From the NCBI GenBank assembly GCA_040754495.1, contig JBFMCO010000033.1:1-33454 (forward strand): a stretch of 33,454 nucleotides of DNA. The letters are read 5' to 3'. The notes under the pieces were generated by a model that searched no databases, had not been told where the DNA came from, and saw only the letters and a list, made by a program, of their open reading frames with translations. The first letter of the stretch is position 1. Each line of letters opens with the position of its first letter. Source of the DNA: Candidatus Micrarchaeota archaeon (lineage in GTDB: Archaea; Micrarchaeota; Micrarchaeia; Anstonellales; Bilamarchaeaceae). The translations under genes were made by a program, and so were the position numbers. Shown here in pieces: positions 1 to 8,327 of this stretch.

Positions 1-23
1 GATATGCGAAAGGAAATTTATAG

Positions 24-641
24 CTATCTGCTCCCGGCGGGAGCCTCGGCCGCCTCGTCCGCTTCGAGCTTCCTCAGCGAGCGCAGGAGCCGCATGTGCG
101 AAATCGGGACCGCGCCCTCCCTCCGCGCAAGCTCCGCGGTTATCCTCAGGGCAGCCTCGAGGGCGGCCCTCGCCGCCGGCATGTCCTGCGCCCCTGAATC
201 GAGGGAGGCGGAGAAGGCCAGGTCGTTGATGCCCGCCCGTATGCCATGGAGGGCCTTCCGGTCGTCCGCCCTTGCCGCCGCGAGAAGCACGGACGCGGAG
301 TCTATCCGCTGCCACATCCCGGCAGTCCGAAGCGATGAGAACAGCGCGGGGAAGGATTGGCTGATGTCCTGCCCCTCCCCGCAGAGCGACTTCAGGTAGT
401 GGCAGGAGCGGGCGGATACGTTCGCGTCCTTGTGGGAAACGAGGGCGGAAAGCTCCTTCACGGCATATGACGGGGGGTGCCCGGTGTCGAAGGGATTCCG
501 GCCTTCCTTCAGGTTGCGTATGAGCCTGGCCCTCCGCCGCCTCTCGTCCAGCCTGTCGCTGATGCGGTCGCAGGCCGCGGCGAACGTGGGGCAGTATCGG
601 GCGAAGCCGGACTTGCGCCGGTCAACTAGCATGAAAGCCAT
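24..641 (-). CDS. Hypothetical all-helical protein, possibly HEAT-like
   Basis: 205-aa ORF, Ala/Leu-rich helical pattern (LVSHKDANVSARSCHYLKSL resembles one HEAT unit). AT-rich promoter-like sequence upstream (TTTTAAAA 667-674). Start could be 632. Confidence 0.55.
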   Translation of the reverse strand: MAFMLVDRRKSGFARYCPTFAAACDRISDRLDERRRRARLIRNLKEGRNPFDTGHPPSYAVKELSALVSHKDANVSARSCHYLKSLCGEGQDISQSFPALFSSLRTAGMWQRIDSASVLLAAARADDRKALHGIRAGINDLAFSASLDSGAQDMPAARAALEAALRITAELARREGAVPISHMRLLRSLRKLEADEAAEAPAGSR

Positions 642-756
642 CTTAATAACACTATACCGGAAGTTTTTTTAAAACTGGACGACACTATCCATGATGGAAA
701 CTCACGGCAACCCAGCCCGCAAAAGGGCTTAAAAGCAGAGAGAGGGAGGGAAAGAC

Positions 757-1548
757 ATGCCAAAGGAAGCCTTCGGGGGCGACGACAGCGGGGGAGGAGC
801 CGCGCCCGAGAAGAAGAGGATGGGGCTGGACAAGTTCGGCCTCATGCCGGACGCGAACATTCGGGACGTGTTCTGGCGCCTCATGGCCTCCTACGCGGCG
901 ACGAAGAAGCCGCCAGAGGAGCTTCCGCGGCTGGAGCAGGACCGCTTCGCCCTCATGAGGGTGGCGATATCCGTGCTCTCGAGTCCCAATGCGGGCGATT
1001 ACGGGCTCGCGCCGAAATTCATCGCCCAGTATTCTCTCATGATGATGCTGGACGGGGGCTGGAAGGACGCGCTCGCCGAGTTCCTCGAGCGCTCGCTCGA
1101 GAGGAAGCTCAACATGAAGGACGAGGTCGCAGGCGCCATCAGGAGGCTCATGGCGCAGGAAAGATACGGAAAGGAGCTCTCGGAGCTCCTGACCGCCATG
1201 GTGAGGGGCAGGGGGACGAGCCATATAGGGCTTGAATACGTGGCGGCCCTTGAGGACCCTGCATTGTGCGCATCCATGAAGAAGGAGCTGATGATTATAG
1301 CGAGGGGCGACATAGGCCGGAACCAGATGAACGCCATCAGGGCGGTCTCGCTCCTGAAGGGGGACGACGAGGTGAAGCGGTCCCTCGTGGTGCTCCTGTC
1401 CCACTGGGACGCGCAGGCCCGCCATGCCGCTGCCGAGGCGCTGGGCGCTTATGCGGGGGACGCGGAAGTGAAGTCCGCAGCCGAAAAGAGGCTTTCGAGC
1501 GAGAGCGACGAGGAGATAAAAAAGCTGCTAAAGAGGCTAAGCGAATGA
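757..1548 (+). CDS. HEAT/alpha-solenoid repeat protein
   Basis: C-terminal HEAT-like units (LLSHWDAQARHAAAEALG; LSSESDEEIKKLLKRL). Purine-rich SD-like leader. Stop overlaps the next start (ATGA 1545-1548). Confidence 0.7.
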   Translation: MPKEAFGGDDSGGGAAPEKKRMGLDKFGLMPDANIRDVFWRLMASYAATKKPPEELPRLEQDRFALMRVAISVLSSPNAGDYGLAPKFIAQYSLMMMLDGGWKDALAEFLERSLERKLNMKDEVAGAIRRLMAQERYGKELSELLTAMVRGRGTSHIGLEYVAALEDPALCASMKKELMIIARGDIGRNQMNAIRAVSLLKGDDEVKRSLVVLLSHWDAQARHAAAEALGAYAGDAEVKSAAEKRLSSESDEEIKKLLKRLSE

Positions 1549-2072
1549 CGGAAATCATCAGGATACCGGCCGAGAGGGTGAAGGCGCTGCTCGGGAAGGA
1601 CGGCGCGACCAGGAAGAAAATCGAGAGTCGCTGCAATGTCCGGCTCGATGTCGACCCTGAGGGCGAAGTCGAGATAGACGGGGACCCGGCGGACGTCTTT
1701 TTCGTGCGGGACATCGTGAAGGCAATCGGCAGGGGATTCACGCCAGAGGCGGCATTGCGGCTCATGGGCCATGATTACGGCCTGTATGTGATATCGCTGA
1801 AGGAGATTATTTCGTCCGAGAACGCCATGACGCGGCTCAAGGGGCGTGTGATAGGGGAGAGGGGCAAGGTGAAGGCCCAGATAGAGGAGGCCACCGACGC
1901 CTACGTCAGCGTGTACGGCAACACCATAAGCATCATCGCAAAGATTGACACGATGGAGTACGCGAAGGAGGCCGTGGGGATGCTGATCGACGGCGCGCGG
2001 CACACGACCGTCCTCGCCTACCTGGCCAAGGCCAAGCGCGAAATCATGGAGAGCCGCCTGAAGGGCGCTTAA
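1545..2072 (+). CDS. KH-domain rRNA-processing protein (Dim2/Pno1/KRR1 family)
   Basis: True start is ATG 1545 (MTEIIRIPAERV). Two KH GxxG loops (LLGKDG; KGRVIGERG) plus AIGRGF and LIDGARH motifs of archaeal Dim2. Confidence 0.92.
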   Translation: MTEIIRIPAERVKALLGKDGATRKKIESRCNVRLDVDPEGEVEIDGDPADVFFVRDIVKAIGRGFTPEAALRLMGHDYGLYVISLKEIISSENAMTRLKGRVIGERGKVKAQIEEATDAYVSVYGNTISIIAKIDTMEYAKEAVGMLIDGARHTTVLAYLAKAKREIMESRLKGA

Positions 2073-2548
2073 CGCGCCTCGCGTGCGATGGATTCTATCT
2101 TCCAGAGAAGATGGTCGAAGTCGAACTTGTTGAAGGCCGCATCGAAGGGCGCGGCTTTTATTTCGAGCGAGAGCTCGTCCGTGTTCTCGGGCCGGTACAC
2201 GCTGCTGGTGAGTATCACCCGGGTGGCCGGGGAGCGCTCCTTTATGCGCCGGAGGATGTCGAAGCCCTCGGTGCCGCCCTGCGTGAGCGAGAGGTCCGTG
2301 ACCACGATGTCAGGGCGGTGGGCCAGGAACAGGGTGAGCGCGTCGCCTGCGCTCTCTACCGCGCCCCGGTTGCAGACCGTAACGTCCTTGAGCCGGCCGA
2401 GGCGCTCCAGGTAAAGGTCGAGGAGCACCTGCGTGTCCTCGATTATCACGAGCCGCGCGTGGCGCCTGATGGGTTCCGCCACGGGATTTCCCGGCCTGAG
2501 CGGAGAGAAACTCGCTGCCTCGCCCAGCTTTATGAAACCCGGGGGCAT
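2069..2548 (-). CDS. Stand-alone response-regulator receiver (CheY-like)
   Basis: VIIED acid pocket, PDIVVTD phospho-Asp, ILTS Thr/Ser and FNK Lys are all present. Start 2548 (MPPG) chosen because a TATA-like TATTAAT lies about 25 nt upstream on the minus strand. Confidence 0.85.
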   Translation of the reverse strand: MPPGFIKLGEAASFSPLRPGNPVAEPIRRHARLVIIEDTQVLLDLYLERLGRLKDVTVCNRGAVESAGDALTLFLAHRPDIVVTDLSLTQGGTEGFDILRRIKERSPATRVILTSSVYRPENTDELSLEIKAAPFDAAFNKFDFDHLLWKIESIAREAR

Positions 2549-2617
2549 GTTGCCAACGTTGGCGGGGAAAGATATTAATAGGTGAGTCACTTATAGTTTG
2601 GCAACCGACGAACCTCC

Positions 2618-4252
2618 ATGCAGAGTGGTCAGATGTCAGACGATATTTTCAAGCAGTTCAAGGAGCACTCAGTGGCCGAATTCTTCAAGAAGAACCGGCA
2701 GATGCTCGGATTCTCGGGAAAGGTGCGCTCGCTCACGGTGATTGTGCACGAATTCGTGACGAACTCGCTGGACGCATGCGAGGAGGCAGGCATCCTCCCT
2801 GAGCTCTACGTCCAGGTGGAGGAGCTCAGCAGGGACAACGAGCACTACCGGCTCACGGTGAAGGACAACGGCCCGGGCATACCCAAGACGCACATCGGGA
2901 AGGCCCTCGGGCAGATGCTGGCCGGAACCAAGTTCCACAGGTATCTCCAGCAGAGGGGCCAGCAGGGCATAGGGGCCGCGGCATGCACCATGTTCTCCTA
3001 CCTCACGACCGGCCAGCCGACGAAGGCCATATCCTGCTACAAGGGGAAGAAGCTCACATCCAACATAAGCATAGACTTCAAGGCGAACAAGCCAGAGGTG
3101 GAGGTGCTGGAGGAGCTGGACGCGCTTCCGGGGGAGAGCGGGCTTACCGTGGTTTCCGAATTCAAGGACGTGCGGTACGAGAGGAGCAACTACGGCGTCC
3201 ACGAATACCTGAGGAGGACGGCCCTCGCGAACCCGCACTGCACGATAACGCTTGTCGAGCCGAACAACGAAAGGGCCGTCTTCCCGCGCTCCATACCGGA
3301 AAACCCTTCAAGGCCCTTCGAGATAAAGCCCCATCCGCTCGGCGTCGGGACGCACGACATCCTGGAGTTCGCGCGGCACAACCAGGAGAGCCGGAGGCTC
3401 TCCTCTTTCCTGCAGGAGACGTTTTCGAGGGTGAGCGCGGGGAAGGTGGACGAGCTGAAAGCGGTGCTCCCTGAGATGGATTTCAACAAGGCCCCGCAGG
3501 ACCTCGCATGGGAGGAGGCCGAGGCGCTCGTCAAGGCGTTCGCGAAGGTGAAATGGATTTCGCCGGCGACAGACTCCCTCGTGCCGATTGGCAGGGGGCA
3601 GGTGGAGACGTCCTTCAGGAACATATTCAACCCTGAAGTCCTGGTCGTGACCGAGAGGAGCCCCAAGGTGTACCGGGGAGGGATACCATTCATGGTCGAG
3701 GTAGGAATCGCTTACGGGGGCGGCGTGGCAGCCGCGGGCAAGAGGGGCGAGGTGATGCGATTCGCCAACCGCGTGCCCCTGCTTTTCGATTCGGGCGGCT
3801 GCGCGATAACTGAGACCATCAAGACGATGGACTGGAAGAGGTACGACATCAAGGCGTTCGAGGAGGAGCCGGTCGCGGTCCTCGTGAACCTTGTCAGCGT
3901 CCATGTGCCTTATACGAGCGCCGGCAAGCAGGCCATCTCGCCCGAGGAGGACGTGATGGACGAGATAAAGTTCGCGCTCATGGAAGCCTCGAGGGGGGTG
4001 CAGAAATACCTCTCTGGCAAGCGCAGGGCGCACGAGATAGCGACCAAGAAGAAGGTCGTGAGCAGGTACATCCAGCAGCTTTCCGGCGATTTGGCCACGC
4101 TCTCCGGGGCGAAGAGGGCCGATGTAGAGAAGGAGCTGACGAGGATAATCGAGGAGAAATACGCCCAGGATGAGACCGAGGTCGAGGAAACCGCGGAGTC
4201 GGAACCCGAAACCGGAAACGGGAAACCGGAGGAGGGGGGTGAGGAGGAATGA
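2618..4252 (+). CDS. top6B: DNA topoisomerase VI subunit B
   Basis: SVAEFFKKNRQMLGF, HEFVTNSLDACE, DNGPGI, QRGQQGIG GHKL motifs; RFANRVPLLF transducer region. Start may be 2633. Confidence 0.97.
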   Translation: MQSGQMSDDIFKQFKEHSVAEFFKKNRQMLGFSGKVRSLTVIVHEFVTNSLDACEEAGILPELYVQVEELSRDNEHYRLTVKDNGPGIPKTHIGKALGQMLAGTKFHRYLQQRGQQGIGAAACTMFSYLTTGQPTKAISCYKGKKLTSNISIDFKANKPEVEVLEELDALPGESGLTVVSEFKDVRYERSNYGVHEYLRRTALANPHCTITLVEPNNERAVFPRSIPENPSRPFEIKPHPLGVGTHDILEFARHNQESRRLSSFLQETFSRVSAGKVDELKAVLPEMDFNKAPQDLAWEEAEALVKAFAKVKWISPATDSLVPIGRGQVETSFRNIFNPEVLVVTERSPKVYRGGIPFMVEVGIAYGGGVAAAGKRGEVMRFANRVPLLFDSGGCAITETIKTMDWKRYDIKAFEEEPVAVLVNLVSVHVPYTSAGKQAISPEEDVMDEIKFALMEASRGVQKYLSGKRRAHEIATKKKVVSRYIQQLSGDLATLSGAKRADVEKELTRIIEEKYAQDETEVEETAESEPETGNGKPEEGGEEE

Positions 4253-5340
4253 GCGACGCGCCGAAGAAGCTAGAGGGCCTCGGGAAGCAGATGGTCAGCC
4301 AGGTCCAGAAGGGCGAGGGGCCGACGTTCGAGACCGTGCTGCGCACGAAAAGCAACACAATATTCGACGAGGCGGCAGGGTGCCTCACGACCGGCGACAA
4401 GAAGGAGCTGCGGAAGTTCCTCAGCGTGGCGCAGGCCCGCACCTTCATGCAGACGGTGGCCATCGCCGCGAAGACGAAACAGTTCCTGAAGGAGAACCTG
4501 CACACGTCCATCAGGGGCCTTTTCTACCAGCTCAAGTTCACCCTCGGGGAGGACATAGACGAGGACCTCTTCACCGAGCAGTCGGAATCCAACGCGCTCA
4601 TAGAGGATTTGGAGGTCGCCCTCAAGATAAAGAGGGAGGACCTCAACCTGACGACAGACAGGAAGGGATTCGTCGCCGGCCCTATGACGATTTTGGACAA
4701 GTTCGGCGGGGATGACACGCTCATAGACCTCGAGAAGCAGGGCCGCAGCGGCTGGAGCATACCGAGCGACGTGGACAACGGCATGGAGATAAAGAGCCTG
4801 GATGCCGACTACGTCCTTGTAGTGGAAAAGGACGCGCTGTGGCAGAGGCTGAACGAGGACAAGTTCTGGAAGAAGGAGAACTGCCTGCTGGTCACGCCGA
4901 AGGGGCAGTCCACGAGGGGAACGAGGAGGCTTTTGCGCAAGCTCGCGGACAAGAAGCTCCCGGTCTACTGCCTCATGGACTGCGACGCGTGGGGATGGTA
5001 CATCTACTGGACGATAAAGACCGGCAGCATGAACCTCGCGTACCTCGGCAGGGATTTCGCCGTGCCCGAGTCGAAGTTCCTCGGCGTCACGATGAGCGAT
5101 ATTAAGGAATTCGATTTCCTCGAGAAGCTCACGATGAAGGCCAAGGACGTGGATGTCAAGCGCGCGGAGGAGATGCTCGGATACCCCTGGATAAACCGCT
5201 ATCCCGACTGGGTGCATGAGCTGAAGCAGGTCCTCAAGACCAGGAAGAAGATAGAGCAGGACGCGCTCCAGGGGCAGAGGCTCACGTTCGTAGGCGAGTA
5301 CATCAACAAGAAGATAAAGGGCAGGGAGTGGCTCTCCTAG
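4249..5340 (+). CDS. top6A: DNA topoisomerase VI subunit A (Spo11-like)
   Basis: SIRGLFYQ catalytic Tyr region, VLVVEKDA and DCDAWG TOPRIM motifs, KKIEQDAL. ATGA overlap with top6B. Confidence 0.97.
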   Translation: MSDAPKKLEGLGKQMVSQVQKGEGPTFETVLRTKSNTIFDEAAGCLTTGDKKELRKFLSVAQARTFMQTVAIAAKTKQFLKENLHTSIRGLFYQLKFTLGEDIDEDLFTEQSESNALIEDLEVALKIKREDLNLTTDRKGFVAGPMTILDKFGGDDTLIDLEKQGRSGWSIPSDVDNGMEIKSLDADYVLVVEKDALWQRLNEDKFWKKENCLLVTPKGQSTRGTRRLLRKLADKKLPVYCLMDCDAWGWYIYWTIKTGSMNLAYLGRDFAVPESKFLGVTMSDIKEFDFLEKLTMKAKDVDVKRAEEMLGYPWINRYPDWVHELKQVLKTRKKIEQDALQGQRLTFVGEYINKKIKGREWLS

Positions 5341-5477
5341 GCTCCTGCTTTCCCGTTCGGAGAGTTTTCGTCTGCATTTCTTCTACAAACTGATGGGCCG
5401 CGGACTTAGAACCCACTCAGGCCGCGGCGGTAGACGCTGCATTTCTTCTTCAGGCTGAGGGGACGCGGACAAATTGC

Positions 5478-5570
5478 GTTTCCAGTTTCGGGTCTCCGGT
5501 TTCGTTCGGATGTGCAAAACCCAAAACGGAAAACTGGAAACGGGAGACTGGCGGCCGGATGCCGGAAACC
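5478..5570. repeat. Degenerate heptamer repeats (GGAAACY / RGTTTCC) in inverted arrangement
   Basis: gtttccagtttcgggtctccggtttcg followed by caaaacccaaaacggaaaactggaaacgggagactgg...ccggaaacc. The same motif recurs at 4201, 8292, 8377, 18487, 23314, 24636 and 33072. Confidence 0.7.
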
Positions 5571-5671
5571 ATGTGGCTGCGGCGGCAGGGAACCAGAGTT
5601 CCCTGCGCACCGTGTCCGAAGCGTCGGACACGATTGCCACAAGTCTTCCAGCGCTTCGCGCTGAAAGCCGG
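5568..5671. repeat. Modular hairpin element, copy E1
   Basis: TGTGGC (5572-77)/GCCACA (5636-41) stem encloses two perfect 9-bp hairpins (5585-5606, 5611-5632). It is followed by CAGCGC-TTC-GCGCTG. It shares 16-nt and 9-nt identical blocks with 8328-8350. Confidence 0.7.
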
Positions 5672-5677
5672 CTGCCG

Positions 5678-8248
5678 CTACCCGCCCGTCCCGCTGGTGC
5701 CCCCGGTAGCGGGAGGCACATCGGGGATGTAGGGAGTCCCGCTTGCCGGAAGAGGCCTTTCCATGAGCTGATAGAGCCTCTTTCCGTCCGGGCACATGGA
5801 CGTCGGGCATTGCAGGAACCAGAGATACGCTTCCACCTTGTTCTTGCCCGGGTCGGCCTTCCTCGGAAGGAACGGGACCTCGCACTCCTGCACGTACTGG
5901 ATGAAATCGGAGTAGCCGTAGCAGTCTAATGGCGGGTTCTTCTTCGGGTGGCCGTCCTGGCAGCGCGAGTCGCTCTGCCCGTCCGTGGAGCTGCAGTAGG
6001 TGTCATTGACCGCCCAGCTCATGGCGAACCCAAGGGCCCAGCAGTCGCCGTTCGATGTGGCGCTGGAGCAGCGCGGGTGCGGCTGGCCCTCGTAAGCCAC
6101 GCGCTGCTTGCTGTCCCAGAAGCCCGCGTACTTGTTCGACATGACGTAGGCCTGGAAGAGGTTCGTCTTGTCGAAATCGCCGGATTCCGAGGTGTCCCAG
6201 TTGAGCTGGTTGCGGTGCGACTGTATCCAGTCGCGCGCCGCGCGCATCAACCTCTCGATTTTGAGCGTCCCTATGCAGATGGAATCCGTGGCGTTGAACG
6301 GGTTGAAGTTGTAGCGGTTGCAGCCCCTTGCGCCGACAAGGTCCGCAGAGGAGCTTATTCCGGCCCTGTTGAAAACGTCCACATAGAAGCCGTCCGTGGC
6401 GTCGTCGCGGTACTGGGCGGGCCAGAACGTCCATGGCGGCTCGAGGCTCTGCATCAGGCCGACCGCGCACCAGCGCCACCTGGGCTTCTGGCCCGGAGCG
6501 ACCACGTCGTTCTCGAGCTGCAGGGTGCAGTTCGGCGTGTTCTCCGGTATGTACATCTCGTCATATGCCGCGTCGTAGCACTCGTCCTTGCCCGGCCCCG
6601 CCTCGAAGCAGCCCGGGGCGTCATAGCCCTGGTTGCAGACCTTGGCCGCGGAGCAGGGGTCGAAGCCGCTTTCAGTGTATATCACGGCCCGGACAAGCAT
6701 CGGGTCGAGGTTCCTCGCGCTCGCCCACTGCTCCACTTCCGGGAAGAGCGTATCCGGGTTGTACGGGCAGTATTGCGTTGACGGCGTGCCGGCGTTGGGG
6801 TGCAGGCTCGGGAAAAGGGAGCTGACCGGCCTGCTCGCGTTCGCAAGAAGGCAGGCGTCGCAGCTGAACAGGAACGCCTGCTGCGGCCGCAGCTCCGCCT
6901 CGGCCTGCTGGAATATGTCCCTACCAGTGAAGCCGAAGCCGCCCATGTAGCTGTATTGCGTGTTCGCGCTGCAGACAGTGCCTGATTCGTTGCCGAAAAG
7001 AATCTGGGTCGTGTCCGAGACGTCGGCCCTGCCGAGGCGGCTGTAGTTCGAGTAGAGCTGGCACCCCCCGTACCATGCACGCATCCTTTCCGTCGTCCTC
7101 CCCACGCCGCAGTTCGTGCAGTTGAGCGGGTTCGTGACGCCTATCCCGCCGCTGGTGTTGAACGAGTAGGGAGCTATGCCGATAACGCCGCGCTTCTGGA
7201 GGTTCTGTATCTGGAACGGGAAGAATGCCTTGTACCCCTCGACCACGTTCGCCTCGGTCCAGTTGCATCTTCCGGTCCGGTCGAGTGCGCCCGGGTCGAA
7301 CATGACATACGGGATGAGCGTGGGCTTGCTGTGGTTGTAGAGGGCGTATGAGGAGAAGTTCGTCGCCTGGAGGCGCGCCTGGGCGCCGTCGCATCCGTTC
7401 ACGTAGTGGTTGTCGATGCCGAATGCGACGAGGTCCACCTTGTCGGAGTCCCCCCCGAGCGCCTGCATGACGGCATCGAGGGCCTCGAAGTCGTTCATCT
7501 TTGGCGAAACGGCTATGAAGCAGTAGATTTTGTTGTTCGCGCGGTCGTTCTGGCATCCCTGGTCTATGGCCCGCACCTGGTCCGCTATTTCGCCCGCGCG
7601 GTTCTTGTCGAAGTTCATCTCCGTGACGACTATGGTCGGGCCGACATGCTGCTCTGTGAATATTCCCTGGCGGATGTTCCTGCCCTCGGTGCCGAGTATC
7701 TCGCCTATGGCCCGGGCGCGGGTGTTGTTGATGTTGGTGCCGTTGCTGTATAGCACGTAGACCGGAATCACGCCCTTGCTGAGGAAGCACATTGTCCGCA
7801 TGGAATCCGGCCGCATGTATGGCGTCTCGTTGTTCCCGATGAGCCACTGGACGGCCATGCTGAGCCTGTCGGAGCAGTACGTGTTCGCGATTGCGAAATC
7901 GCCGAACGTGGGCCCCTGCCCTATCATGAACTGCCTGACGCCGAGCTCAGGATATGTCCGGTTGTTGAACGCACTCATCCTGTCGTTCGTGCAGTTCTTC
8001 TCGAAATAGCAGTATCCGCCTATGAGGTTGTCCATGGGGCCGAAGATGTTGGTGCCGTTCTTGCACACCATGCACCAGCAGCTCCCTATCCTGCACTCCT
8101 CGGTCTGGTTCGGGGCGGAGATGGCGACGCGGCTCAATGTGTCGCGGTATTCCTGCTCGAAGACGGAGGAGCCGCCGTTGAGCCTCTGGAGGCAGCCTGC
8201 GGCAAGAAGCACGATTGACAGCGCTATGAGGATTGCTGCGGCTCTCAT
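5678..8248 (-). CDS. Secreted/lipid-anchored Cys-rich protein with C-terminal lytic transglycosylase (SLT)-like domain and possible N-terminal TIM-barrel glycosidase-like domain
   Basis: Start 8248 (MRAAAILIALSIVLLAAGC, lipobox-like), TATA TTTAAA at 8273-78. SLT motifs DPMLVRAVIYTESGFDP, AVGLMQS and NPFNATDSICIGT. Many Cys residues and N-x-S/T sequons. Confidence 0.8.
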   Translation of the reverse strand: MRAAAILIALSIVLLAAGCLQRLNGGSSVFEQEYRDTLSRVAISAPNQTEECRIGSCWCMVCKNGTNIFGPMDNLIGGYCYFEKNCTNDRMSAFNNRTYPELGVRQFMIGQGPTFGDFAIANTYCSDRLSMAVQWLIGNNETPYMRPDSMRTMCFLSKGVIPVYVLYSNGTNINNTRARAIGEILGTEGRNIRQGIFTEQHVGPTIVVTEMNFDKNRAGEIADQVRAIDQGCQNDRANNKIYCFIAVSPKMNDFEALDAVMQALGGDSDKVDLVAFGIDNHYVNGCDGAQARLQATNFSSYALYNHSKPTLIPYVMFDPGALDRTGRCNWTEANVVEGYKAFFPFQIQNLQKRGVIGIAPYSFNTSGGIGVTNPLNCTNCGVGRTTERMRAWYGGCQLYSNYSRLGRADVSDTTQILFGNESGTVCSANTQYSYMGGFGFTGRDIFQQAEAELRPQQAFLFSCDACLLANASRPVSSLFPSLHPNAGTPSTQYCPYNPDTLFPEVEQWASARNLDPMLVRAVIYTESGFDPCSAAKVCNQGYDAPGCFEAGPGKDECYDAAYDEMYIPENTPNCTLQLENDVVAPGQKPRWRWCAVGLMQSLEPPWTFWPAQYRDDATDGFYVDVFNRAGISSSADLVGARGCNRYNFNPFNATDSICIGTLKIERLMRAARDWIQSHRNQLNWDTSESGDFDKTNLFQAYVMSNKYAGFWDSKQRVAYEGQPHPRCSSATSNGDCWALGFAMSWAVNDTYCSSTDGQSDSRCQDGHPKKNPPLDCYGYSDFIQYVQECEVPFLPRKADPGKNKVEAYLWFLQCPTSMCPDGKRLYQLMERPLPASGTPYIPDVPPATGGTSGTGG

Positions 8249-8327
8249 CGTATTGATTAGCGCGTTAGGGGATTTAAACATTAGCTATCGGGACCGGAAA
8301 CAGGCAACTGGAAACCGGAAACTGAAG

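Noticed and set aside
1266-1544. N-terminal extension of the KH protein in the ORF track, and similar extensions for TFB, PadR, the ABC ATPase and the DUF5667-like protein
   Set aside because: Downstream ATGs have SD, TATA or coupled overlaps and match family N-termini.
5372-5449. Mini CRISPR array (TTTCTTCTAC...GTAGA recalls Cas12a repeats)
   Set aside because: Only two 13-bp copies, too short for repeats, and no cas genes.
5388-5458. Plus-strand C/D sRNA (CUGAUGG...CUGA)
   Set aside because: Box C is imperfect, there is no C'/D' pair, and the putative guide is low-complexity pyrimidine.
5383-5929. ORFs 5383-5721, 5406-5885 and 5474-5929
   Set aside because: They run through repeats and hairpins or lie antisense to the SLT gene; peptides are low-complexity repeat translations.
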